From positions 1 through 33,824 of the forward strand of contig JBBRIM010000002.1 in the NCBI GenBank assembly GCA_038221095.1: a DNA stretch of 33,824 nt. Direction: 5' to 3'. This DNA comes from Candidatus Limnocylindrales bacterium (GTDB taxonomy: Bacteria > Chloroflexota > Limnocylindria > Limnocylindrales > CSP1-4). A model generated the notes under the pieces. The model saw only the letters and a program-made list of their open reading frames with translations, made no database searches and had not been told where the DNA came from. Made by a program: the position numbers and the translations under genes. Positions 1-7,746 of the stretch are shown piece after piece (position 1 is the stretch's first letter; every line of letters starts with the position of its first letter).

Positions 1-543
1 GAGGGCCAGCCGGTCGTGTGGCGCGGCCCGCTGATCGGCGGAGCAATTCAGCAGTTCCTGCGCGACGTGGAGTGGGGCGACCTCGACTATCTGGTGGTGG
101 ACCTCCCGCCGGGGACCTCGGACGCCCAGCTGACCCTTGCCCAGGCCGTCCCGATCTCGGGTGCCGTGCTGGTCACGACGCCCCAGGAGGTATCCCTCCT
201 CGACGTGACCAAGGCGCTCGCGATGCTTCGCCGGATGAACGTCCCGGTGACCGGCATCCTCGAGAACATGGGTGCGTTCGTGTGTGGCCATTGCGGCGAG
301 GTCACCGACATCTTCGGGCGGGGCGGCGGCGAGCGGTTCGCCCGGGAGCACGGAATTGACTACCTCGGCTCGATACCGCTGGATGTGACCGTGCGCCAGG
401 GAGCCGATGTCGGGATCCCGGCCGTCGCCCAGCGCGAACCGGGGCCGGCCGCCCGGGCACTCGTCGACGTGGCCCGCCAGGTTGCGGCGCGGATGAGCGT
501 CGCCGCGGCCCGCAACGAAGCTCCGGTCCTGTCGATCTCCTGA
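1..543 (+). CDS. Mrp/ApbC (NBP35) family Fe-S cluster carrier ATPase, C-terminal part (5' end lies outside the window)
   Basis: The frame is open from nt 1 (EGQPVVWRGPL...). Motifs VVDLPPGTSD and ENMGAFVCGHCGE (CxxC cluster ligand pair) are typical of Mrp/ApbC. Stop at 541-543. Confidence 0.9.
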   Translation, partial: EGQPVVWRGPLIGGAIQQFLRDVEWGDLDYLVVDLPPGTSDAQLTLAQAVPISGAVLVTTPQEVSLLDVTKALAMLRRMNVPVTGILENMGAFVCGHCGEVTDIFGRGGGERFAREHGIDYLGSIPLDVTVRQGADVGIPAVAQREPGPAARALVDVARQVAARMSVAAARNEAPVLSIS

Positions 544-570
544 ACCGGCTGGTGGCCGCGTGTCGTCGGC

Positions 571-607
571 GCCGGATGTCACAGGTCCGCGAGTTGTAAC
601 ATCCGGC
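571..607 (+). promoter_or_regulatory. Inverted repeat or hairpin between mrp and the Crp-family gene
   Basis: GCCGGATGT (571-579) is the perfect reverse complement of ACATCCGGC (599-607), with a 19-nt spacer. It ends 1 nt before the ATG at 609. Confidence 0.35.
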
Positions 608-608
608 C

Positions 609-1325
609 ATGTTCACCCCCCGGCCGACGCCCCAGGCCCTGGCGGCGCTGGGCCTGTTCGAGGGGATCGATCTCGCGGATCTGACCGAGATGGCGCCGGC
701 AATGCGAGTGCGACGCCATCGCGCCGGCGGGGTGGTCTTCCACCAGGGTGACCCGGGAGAGTCGCTCCACATCATCGTCAGCGGCGCGGTGAAGCTCTTC
801 CTGCCGTCGCCCAGCGGCGACGAGGCGATCATCGCCACGCTTCGCCAGGGGGCCTTCTTCGGTGAGCTGGCCCTGCTCGACCGGGGCTGGCAGTCGATGA
901 CGGCAGTGGCGCTCGAGCCATCCGATACGATCGACGTCCCGCGGGCGACCTTCCTGGCCTTGATCGCCGACCATGCTCCTGCTCGCGACGTCCTGCTGCT
1001 GGCCCTTGCCGGCGAGTTGCGCCGGCTGACCGCGCAGGTCGAGGCTCTCCGTTTCCTCGATGTTCCAGCCCGCCTGGCGAACGTCCTGGTCGGCCTCTCA
1101 AACGAACATGGCCGGGCCTTGATCCCGGCCGGCGACGTCCCGCATGGCGCCGTCCGGATCGACGGGCGGTTGACCCAGGGTGCCCTGGCGGGCATGGTCA
1201 GTTCGTCGCGTCAGAGCGTGAATCAGGCCCTCGCCGAGTTTGGCGTTGAAGGGATCGTGCGGTTCGAGCGGGACGGGATCGTGATCCTCTCGCCGGACCG
1301 GCTGGCCAGCCGGGCGCGCGCCTAG
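609..1325 (+). CDS. Crp/Fnr family transcriptional regulator
   Basis: 238 aa. Cyclic-nucleotide-binding-type motif FFGELALLD, and a C-terminal HTH (LTQGALAGMVSSSRQSVNQALAEF). Confidence 0.85.
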   Translation: MFTPRPTPQALAALGLFEGIDLADLTEMAPAMRVRRHRAGGVVFHQGDPGESLHIIVSGAVKLFLPSPSGDEAIIATLRQGAFFGELALLDRGWQSMTAVALEPSDTIDVPRATFLALIADHAPARDVLLLALAGELRRLTAQVEALRFLDVPARLANVLVGLSNEHGRALIPAGDVPHGAVRIDGRLTQGALAGMVSSSRQSVNQALAEFGVEGIVRFERDGIVILSPDRLASRARA

Positions 1326-2534
1326 TCAGAACCCGCGAAGGTGCCGGAGGAGCGCCGCCGAGGCGACCAGGGCGGCTCGCGATCGACCCTGGGTGCCTCC
1401 CAGGAATCCAAGCCGCCGTTCGTGCTGGGCGCCGGCCGGCGTGACAATGGCAATCTCGACTGCCGTGTCGTTGCCGCGGGCGCGGGCTACGACGGCAAGG
1501 CCGACCTCGACCCCCGCCAGGAGGGCGACAGCGCGCGCCCCGGCCTCGAGACCTTGGTCCGCCGCGAGCGTCGCAGCCGGTTCGGGCTCATCGAGGGCGA
1601 GCGATTCGACCCGGCGCAACCGGGGCATGCCACCGAGCAGGGCGGCGAGGGCTCCGTCCGTGCCCTGCTCGCGGATGGCGGCAAACCAGTTGAGACGTTC
1701 GAGCTCAGCGGCGAGCGCCTCGGCCCAAGTCGTGCTGCCGCGCGCCCAGATGTGCTGCCCGAGGGCGGCGACGACGATCTCTTCGGCATCGTCGAGGAGG
1801 TCCTCGGCCGTTCGACCTCCTCCGCCGACGGCCGAGATCCGGACATCGACCGCGTCAGCCCGGGCATAGGTGGCGACTTCCGGGTTCGTCCGGCGCAGGA
1901 GCCCCTCGCCAAGGATGTCGGCGACCTGCGATTCGCCGATTCCCGACAGGCGCAGCGTCCGGCTGATCAGGCCTCGCCCGAGGCCGCGCAGGCGCAAACG
2001 CGGCAGGACGTGGTCGAACCACATCGGGCGCATCTCGCGGGGCGGGCCGGGCAGGAGGACGGCCACCCGGCCGTCGGGTCGATCGATCCACCAGCCCGGC
2101 GCGGTGCCGTTCGGATTGGGCAGGGCAGCCGCACTTGGGATCAGCCAGGCCTGCTTTCGGTTGATCTCCGGAAAGGGCAGTCCACGCCGGGTCCACATGT
2201 CGCGCAGCCAGGTCTCGAGCCCCGGATCAACCACCGGTGTCTCGTCCAGGACGGCGGCGATGGCCTCGCGGGTCAGGTCGTCGGGGGTTGGCCCGAGTCC
2301 GCCGGTGGAGACGACGAGGTCGGCCCGCCGGAGGGCCGCCCGGAAGGCGCCGGCCACAACAGGCAGGCGGTCCGGCAGGACGTCAATCCGGCCGATCGTC
2401 AGCCCGGCCTCGGTCAGGCTTCGGGCAATCTCACCACTGTTCGTGTCGCGGGTCTCGCCGACCGTCAACTCGGCGCCCACGGCCAGCAGTTCCGCCCGCT
2501 TGAATGTGCGCCCGGGCGCGCTTGCCGGATCCAT
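1326..2534 (-). CDS. cinA: CinA family competence/damage-inducible protein (402 aa)
   Basis: Track ORF 1326..3404 is over-extended. The in-frame ATG at 2534 gives MDPASAPGRTFKRAELLAVGAELTVGETRDTNS... with STGGLGPTPDDLT and LPGPPREM motifs of the CinA N-domain. The part above 2534 is antisense to the 2605.. gene. Confidence 0.85.
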   Translation of the reverse strand: MDPASAPGRTFKRAELLAVGAELTVGETRDTNSGEIARSLTEAGLTIGRIDVLPDRLPVVAGAFRAALRRADLVVSTGGLGPTPDDLTREAIAAVLDETPVVDPGLETWLRDMWTRRGLPFPEINRKQAWLIPSAAALPNPNGTAPGWWIDRPDGRVAVLLPGPPREMRPMWFDHVLPRLRLRGLGRGLISRTLRLSGIGESQVADILGEGLLRRTNPEVATYARADAVDVRISAVGGGGRTAEDLLDDAEEIVVAALGQHIWARGSTTWAEALAAELERLNWFAAIREQGTDGALAALLGGMPRLRRVESLALDEPEPAATLAADQGLEAGARAVALLAGVEVGLAVVARARGNDTAVEIAIVTPAGAQHERRLGFLGGTQGRSRAALVASAALLRHLRGF

Positions 2535-2604
2535 CCCGTGAGGGTAGCGCAGCCTCTGCCCTCGGGGTGCGGGGTGTGGCCCGGCGCCGAGCGGTATCAT
2601 CAGC

Positions 2605-3495
2605 ATGTCCACAGCAGCGCCCAACGGAGACCTGATCCTGGACCAGACCAAGCGACCAGCCGCCGATTCGAAGCCCGGTCCGGGCTCGACTCGGCCTGCC
2701 CCCAGGGGTCTGCGCGAGCAGCTATCGGCCACGGTCGAGGCGGCCCTCCGGGTAGGGCGTGCCCACCTCTCGCTGGCCCAGGCCGAGTTCGCTGAGATTC
2801 GGGCCGAGGGCAAGCGGGTCGGGATCCTGGTCGGGGTCGCCTTCGGCCTGCTCCTGTTTGCCGGGCTGCTCCTGCCCGTCGGCCTGATCCTCTTCCTGGG
2901 CGAGCTGCTCTTTGGTTCGATCGGCTGGGGCCTGTTGCTCGGCTCGGAATTGCTGATCGGAACGGCGGTCGTCCTGGTGCTCGTGGGCCTCTCCGTGCCG
3001 GTCGAGCGGGTGGCCGGGCGGCTGGTCGTGGCCCTTCTCGTCGGGACCGTCGTGGCCGTCCTGCTCGCGCTTGACCTGCCCCATCGCGCTTTTGTCTCGG
3101 TGGGTGTCTCGCTCCTGCCCTCGGTCGACCCTGCCCCGCGGCCGCTGGTCGTTGGGCTGGCCACCGGCGCCCTCGTCGGCGTGCTGCTCGGAATCGTGGT
3201 CGGCCTCAGCCGGCGATCGGGTGGAGCCGTGGTCGGGTCAGCGATCGGGCTGGCCATCTTCGGCTCGCTGATCGGAGCCCTCGTCGCGATCGATTTCAGC
3301 CCGGCCGTGGCGATCGGCCTCGGCCTAGCCGTTGCCCTCGCGCTCTGGCCAAGCCTGGTGAGCATTGACACGTATCGCCGGGGAATTGACCTCGACGCCC
3401 TCAAGAAGCGGTTCTACCCTCGACTCACGGTCGAGACGACGAAGGAGACGATCGAGTGGGCACGGAAGCAGAATCCGCTCGGGCCGAAGTCCTAG
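2605..3495 (+). CDS. Polytopic membrane protein, uncharacterised (N-terminal part resembles actinobacterial Holin-X-type membrane proteins)
   Basis: 296 aa with several long hydrophobic segments (GILVGVAFGLLLFAGLLLPVGLILFLG, etc.), preceded by an amphipathic LSLAQAEFAEIRAEGKR segment. G/C-rich third codon positions. Confidence 0.7.
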   Translation: MSTAAPNGDLILDQTKRPAADSKPGPGSTRPAPRGLREQLSATVEAALRVGRAHLSLAQAEFAEIRAEGKRVGILVGVAFGLLLFAGLLLPVGLILFLGELLFGSIGWGLLLGSELLIGTAVVLVLVGLSVPVERVAGRLVVALLVGTVVAVLLALDLPHRAFVSVGVSLLPSVDPAPRPLVVGLATGALVGVLLGIVVGLSRRSGGAVVGSAIGLAIFGSLIGALVAIDFSPAVAIGLGLAVALALWPSLVSIDTYRRGIDLDALKKRFYPRLTVETTKETIEWARKQNPLGPKS

Positions 3496-4061
3496 CGGCC
3501 CGCCAGGCGTTCTCCGACGAGTTCGCCCGCCTGGAGGCCGCCGGTCGAGCGGCCGTCGACATCAAGGCCAAGATACGGCGCAGCCCGGCGAAGGCAGCCG
3601 GCCTGGTAGCTGGGGCCGGCTTCATGGCGGTCGGGGGGCCGTTGAAGGTCGCCCGTGGCCTGGGCCGTGCCATCCGGGGTAAGCGCGAGCCACTGCCACC
3701 GTCCCTCCTCCCCAAGCAGGTAGACAAGGCCCTGCGCTCGCTTGGTGACGACGGTCAGAAGGTGCGTGGCACACTCGAGCGGGAGTTCGCCAGCTACCTC
3801 GAGAAGCGCAAGCCCGACGAGGACAAGGGCCTCCTCGGTGGGATCGCCGGCGCCCTGGCCACTGGCCTGGTGATTCCTGCCAGCCGGAACATGGCCAAAC
3901 GGATGGCCAGCCAACTGGCCAACGTCGACGAATCGGACTTTCGGGCCGCCCTTGACGGCGTTCGTGGCCGGACACCTGCCGCTGCCGGTCCCGACGCCGC
4001 GCCGAAGTCGACTGCTCCGCAGAGCCAGTCATCGGGGTCACAGCCGCCGACCGTCCGCTAG
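3456..4061 (+). CDS. Hypothetical protein with one central hydrophobic segment (DUF3618-like architecture)
   Basis: GTG at 3456 lies 8 nt after a strong SD, GAAGGAG (3441-3447). 201 aa: coiled-coil-like N-terminus, then AAGLVAGAGFMAVGG. It overlaps the upstream gene by 40 nt. Confidence 0.65.
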   Translation: MGTEAESARAEVLAARQAFSDEFARLEAAGRAAVDIKAKIRRSPAKAAGLVAGAGFMAVGGPLKVARGLGRAIRGKREPLPPSLLPKQVDKALRSLGDDGQKVRGTLEREFASYLEKRKPDEDKGLLGGIAGALATGLVIPASRNMAKRMASQLANVDESDFRAALDGVRGRTPAAAGPDAAPKSTAPQSQSSGSQPPTVR

Positions 4062-4064
4062 ACT
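4059..4064 (+). promoter_or_regulatory. -10-like hexamer TAGACT, 6 nt upstream of the tRNA-Leu 5' end
   Basis: TAGACT fits the TANNNT -10 pattern. It overlaps the TAG stop of the preceding ORF. The predicted TSS falls at about the mature tRNA 5' end (4071). Confidence 0.3.
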
Positions 4065-4070
4065 CGCCCG

Positions 4071-4158
4071 GGGCGAGTGGCGAAATGGCAGACGCGCCGG
4101 CCTTAGGAGCCGGTGCCGCGTGAGCGGCGTCAGAGTTCGAGTCTCTGCTCGCCCACCA
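4071..4158 (+). tRNA. tRNA-Leu (anticodon UAG), type II with long variable arm, CCA encoded
   Basis: Hand-folded cloverleaf. Acceptor GGGCGAG/CTCGCCC. D-arm GCG-AAATGGCAGA-CGC. Anticodon stem CCGGC/GCCGG with loop CTTAGGA (TAG). Variable arm GCCGC-GTGA-GCGGC. T-arm CAGAG-TTCGAGT-CTCTG. Discriminator A plus CCA. Confidence 0.93.
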
Positions 4159-4222
4159 TCCCCGGCAGGGCTGGCGAGGCGCTAGCCGGGCGGTCCGCCC
4201 GGCACCCCCCGGGGCCGCCGCC

Positions 4223-4228
4223 TATACT
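4223..4228 (+). promoter_or_regulatory. -10-like hexamer TATACT, 8 nt upstream of the tig ATG (possible leaderless transcript)
   Basis: TATACT at 4223-4228. The ATG is at 4237 and there is no SD in between (CCCCGACG). Confidence 0.3.
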
Positions 4229-4236
4229 CCCCGACG

Positions 4237-5676
4237 ATGAATGTCACTGCCACCCCCTCCGCCAATTCAACCATCCTGCTCGAGATCGAGCTGCCGGCCG
4301 AGCGCCTGGACCGCTCGATGGACGAGGCCACCCGTCGCCTCGCCCGGCGGACCAGGGTTGCCGGCTTTCGGCCGGGCAAGGCTCCCCGCTTCATGCTCGA
4401 ACGTGTTCTCGGCCCGTCGGCCGTCCTCGACGAAGCCGTCGAGTTGCTCGTCCAGGCGGCCTATCGCGACGCCCTCGTCGAGCAGGGGATCGTGCCACTG
4501 ACCGAAGCCAATGTGGAGATGGTCCAGGCGATCCTCGGCCAGCCGGTCATTTTCAAGGCCACGGTCCAGGTGCCGCCCGAGGTGATCCTCGGCGATTACC
4601 GCAACTTCAACTTCGGACCCGAGATCGAGACGACCGACGAGGCCAAGATCGACCAGGTGGTGTCCGAGCTGCGCGACCAGAACGCCACCCTCCGACCGCT
4701 CGAGGACCGTCCGGCCGCCAACGGCGACTACGCGGTCATCGGGTTCGTCGGCAGCCGGGACGGGCAGCCGTTCGAGGGCGGTTCCTCGGATCGGATGCCC
4801 CTCGTGCTGGGGGAGGAGCGCCTGATTCCGGGCTTCGAGGCGCATCTCGTCGGGGCACGGACGGGCGACCACGTCGAGTTTGACGTCACTTTCCCCGACG
4901 ACTACGGCGAGGAGAGCCTGCGCGGCCAGGTCGCCCACTTCGCGGTCGACGTCAAGGAACTGCGGGAGAAGGTCCAGCCGCCCCTTGACGACGAGTTCGC
5001 GACCCAGATGGGCGACTTCAAGGACCTCGCCGAACTACGTCGGGCGATCCGCGAGCGACTCGAGCGGAGCGCGCTCGACCGCGCCAGGCACTCGTTCAGC
5101 GACCGGATCATCCAGTACGCCGTTGCCAACGCGACGCTCGATGTGCCGCCCATCCTGGTCGACCAGGAGGTCGAGGTGATGCACGACGAGTTCCGTTCCA
5201 CGATCGCCCGGCAGGGGATTGGCGAGGCGGCCTATCTCAAGGCGACCGAGCAGACCGAGGTCGACCTGCACCGGGAATTCCGGCCGCGCGCCGAGGATCG
5301 GGTCAGGACACTCCTCGTCCTCTCGAAGATCGCCGAGGCGGATGGCGTGGTCGTGGATGACGCGGCCGTGCAGGCCGAGGTCGCTGCCGCCCGGCGGCGC
5401 TATGCCGGTGACGCCAAGACAATCGCCTACTTCGAGTCCGAGCGCGGCCACAATTTCATCCGGAGCACTCTTCGCCGGACGCGGACGGTCGAGGCCCTCG
5501 TCGACGCCTGGCTGGCCGCCCACCCCGAGCATCGAGCCCTGCCCCATCTCGAGGACGACGGCAATCCAGCGGTCGAGGCGGAATCCGCCGGCTCGAACGC
5601 GGCCATCGGCGCCACCGACCCAGGGTCGGTGCTCGATCTGGCCCAATCCCAGGAAACCCAGCCCGAACCGGTCTGA
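4237..5676 (+). CDS. tig: Trigger factor (ribosome-associated chaperone / PPIase)
   Basis: 479 aa. The N-terminus contains [13 protein letters not shown] (ribosome-binding signature region). Central FKBP-like region. Located immediately upstream of clpP-clpX. Confidence 0.93.
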   Translation: MNVTATPSANSTILLEIELPAERLDRSMDEATRRLARRTRVAGFRPGKAPRFMLERVLGPSAVLDEAVELLVQAAYRDALVEQGIVPLTEANVEMVQAILGQPVIFKATVQVPPEVILGDYRNFNFGPEIETTDEAKIDQVVSELRDQNATLRPLEDRPAANGDYAVIGFVGSRDGQPFEGGSSDRMPLVLGEERLIPGFEAHLVGARTGDHVEFDVTFPDDYGEESLRGQVAHFAVDVKELREKVQPPLDDEFATQMGDFKDLAELRRAIRERLERSALDRARHSFSDRIIQYAVANATLDVPPILVDQEVEVMHDEFRSTIARQGIGEAAYLKATEQTEVDLHREFRPRAEDRVRTLLVLSKIAEADGVVVDDAAVQAEVAAARRRYAGDAKTIAYFESERGHNFIRSTLRRTRTVEALVDAWLAAHPEHRALPHLEDDGNPAVEAESAGSNAAIGATDPGSVLDLAQSQETQPEPV

Positions 5677-5728
5677 TCGTCAGCCGGCCCAATCCCTGCC
5701 AGCCATCAGCGATTCCAGGAGAACCCGA

Positions 5729-6403
5729 ATGCTCGTACCGATGGTCATCGAATCGTCGAGCCGTGGAGAGCGCGCCTACGACATCTATTCCCGGCTGCTC
5801 AAGGAACGAATCATCTTTTTGGGCGACCAGATCGACGATCACATGGCCAATCTCGTCATCGCCCAGCTGCTCTTCCTCGAGTCGGAAGACCCGGAGCGCG
5901 ACATCAGCCTGTACATCAACTCGCCCGGCGGGGTGGTGACCTCGGGCCTGGCGATCTACGACACGATGCAGTTCCTGCGCGCCCCGGTGAGCACGCTGTG
6001 CATCGGAATGGCGGCGAGCATGGCTGCGGTCCTGCTGGCGGCCGGTGCCAAGGGCAAGCGCTACGCCCTGCCCAACAGCCGGATCATGATTCACCAGGGT
6101 TCGGGCGGCTTCCGCGGCAATGCCCCGGACGCCATGATCCAGATGCGCGAGTGGGAGCGCCTGGTCGACGTCAACAACGCGATCCTCGCCCACCACACCG
6201 GCCAGCCGATCGAAAAGATCGCCAAGGACACCGATCGTGACTTCTTCATGTCGGGTGCGGAGGCCCGCGACTATGGCATCATCGACGAGGTGTACAGCGC
6301 GACCGGGGATTCGTTGATCGCCCAGGCTCACGACGCCGGAGCTGCCGGCGGCGAGATCCCGGCCGCGGACGAGGCACCGGCACCCAGGAAGGCCAAGGAC
6401 TGA
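5729..6403 (+). CDS. clpP: ATP-dependent Clp protease proteolytic subunit ClpP (224 aa)
   Basis: Track ORF 5219..6403 is over-extended. The ATG at 5729 is preceded by CCAGGAG. The sequence [32 protein letters not shown] plus GMAASMAA (Ser), IMIHQ (His) and DTDRDFFM (Asp) matches ClpP. Confidence 0.95.
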   Translation: MLVPMVIESSSRGERAYDIYSRLLKERIIFLGDQIDDHMANLVIAQLLFLESEDPERDISLYINSPGGVVTSGLAIYDTMQFLRAPVSTLCIGMAASMAAVLLAAGAKGKRYALPNSRIMIHQGSGGFRGNAPDAMIQMREWERLVDVNNAILAHHTGQPIEKIAKDTDRDFFMSGAEARDYGIIDEVYSATGDSLIAQAHDAGAAGGEIPAADEAPAPRKAKD

Positions 6404-6435
6404 GACGTGCTCGGACGAGGGGTAGCGAGACCACG

Positions 6436-7746
6436 GTGACCACGACGACCAGCTCGAAGGGGCCCAAGGTCCCGTATCGGTGCAGCTTCTGCGGCAAGAG
6501 CCAGGAACAGGTCCGCAAGCTCATTGCCGGTCAGGGTGTCTATATCTGTGACGAGTGCATCAACCTCTGCCAGGAGATCATCGAAGAGGAGATGCTCGAG
6601 GCGCCCAAGACGCGCCCACAGGTAGCCAAGCTGCCCAATCCCCGTCAGATCAAGGCGGCTCTCGACCAGTACGTGATCAGCCAGGAACGACCCAAGAAGG
6701 TCCTGTCGGTCGCGATCTACAACCACTACAAGCGGGTCAACGCCGGTCACACGGTGGACGAGGTCGAGCTCCAGAAGTCGAACGTGCTGCTGGTCGGACC
6801 TACCGGTTCGGGCAAGACGCTCCTCGCCCAGACGCTTGCCCGGGTGCTCGACGTGCCCTTCTGCATCGCCGATGCGACCAGCCTGACCGAGGCCGGCTAC
6901 GTTGGCGAGGACGTCGAGAACATCCTCCTGCGCCTGATCCAGGCAGCCGATTTCGACGTTGCCCGGGCCCAGCGCGGGATCATCTACATCGACGAGATCG
7001 ACAAGATTGCGCGGAAGGCAGATAACCCCTCGATCACCCGCGACGTTTCGGGCGAGGGCGTCCAGCAGGCGCTCCTGAAGATCCTCGAGGGGACCGTAGC
7101 CAACGTGCCCCCGCAGGGTGGCCGAAAGCATCCCCACCAGGACTTCATCCAGATCGACACGACCAACGTCCTGTTCGTGTGCGGCGGTGCCTTCGATGGC
7201 CTCGAGAAGATCGTCGAGGAGCGGATCGGCCGGAAGTCGATCGGGTTCGGCGCGAACGCCCAGGTCGCGAAGACGGAGCGCCACAAGATCCTCGAGCACC
7301 TGATGCCCGAGGACCTCCTCAAGTTCGGCTTGATCCCCGAGTTCGTCGGTCGCCTGCCGGTGGTCGTCACCCTCTCGGCACTCACCGCGGCCGATCTCGT
7401 CAGGGTGCTGACCGAGCCCAAGAATGCGATCGCCCGCCAGTTCCAGCGGTTCCTGTCCCTGGACAAGGTGGAGCTGGTCTTCACCGACGCGGCCCTCAAG
7501 GCCGCCGCCGAGGTTGCCCTCGACCGCAAGACCGGCGCCCGGGCACTCCGCTCGATCGTCGAGGAGGCCCTGCTCGAGGTGATGTACGACATCCCGGAGC
7601 GGACCGACATCCGGAAATGCATCATCACAGAGGAGACCATCCGGGATGGTCGCCTGCCGCTCCTGCTGACCAAGGTCGACCTCGACAAGGGGGTCGACGA
7701 GACGAACTACGAGGAGTGGCTCGCCGAGCGGGGCGAGAGCGCCTGA
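6436..7746 (+). CDS. clpX: ATP-dependent Clp protease ATP-binding subunit ClpX
   Basis: 436 aa. N-terminal zinc-binding domain CSFCGK...YICDECI, Walker A GPTGSGKT, Walker [10 protein letters not shown]. Confidence 0.96.
   Translation: MTTTTSSKGPKVPYRCSFCGKSQEQVRKLIAGQGVYICDECINLCQEIIEEEMLEAPKTRPQVAKLPNPRQIKAALDQYVISQERPKKVLSVAIYNHYKRVNAGHTVDEVELQKSNVLLVGPTGSGKTLLAQTLARVLDVPFCIADATSLTEAGYVGEDVENILLRLIQAADFDVARAQRGIIYIDEIDKIARKADNPSITRDVSGEGVQQALLKILEGTVANVPPQGGRKHPHQDFIQIDTTNVLFVCGGAFDGLEKIVEERIGRKSIGFGANAQVAKTERHKILEHLMPEDLLKFGLIPEFVGRLPVVVTLSALTAADLVRVLTEPKNAIARQFQRFLSLDKVELVFTDAALKAAAEVALDRKTGARALRSIVEEALLEVMYDIPERTDIRKCIITEETIRDGRLPLLLTKVDLDKGVDETNYEEWLAERGESA

Noticed and set aside
302-1195. 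297-aa minus-strand ORF overlapping the mrp and crp-like genes
   Set aside because: Arg/Pro/Ser/Ala-rich composition typical of an antisense shadow ORF in GC-rich DNA. The opposite strand carries clear Mrp and Crp motifs.
1341-2795. 484-aa plus-strand ORF opposite cinA
   Set aside because: Shadow ORF with no motifs and an Arg/Gly/Pro-rich composition. cinA on the minus strand is well supported.
2535-3404. N-terminal 290-aa extension of the cinA ORF (track ORF 1326..3404)
   Set aside because: The extension is Arg/Thr/Pro/Ser-rich nonsense antisense to the membrane-protein gene at 2605..3495. CinA homology begins right after the ATG at 2534.
2605-3495. Holin-like membrane protein as evidence of a prophage lysis cassette
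   Set aside because: No endolysin, spanin, terminase, integrase or other phage genes are nearby. The flanks are housekeeping genes. Holin-X-type proteins in high-GC bacteria are usually chromosomal stress-associated membrane proteins.
4071-4158. tRNA-Leu as an integration site for a mobile element
   Set aside because: Both flanks are conserved housekeeping genes (tig-clpP-clpX downstream). I saw no integrase and no direct repeat of the tRNA 3' end.
5219-5728. 170-aa N-terminal extension of clpP (track ORF 5219..6403)
   Set aside because: The extension overlaps the tig 3' end in another frame and is Pro/Arg/Ser-rich. The ClpP homology and an SD-like CCAGGAG point to the ATG at 5729.
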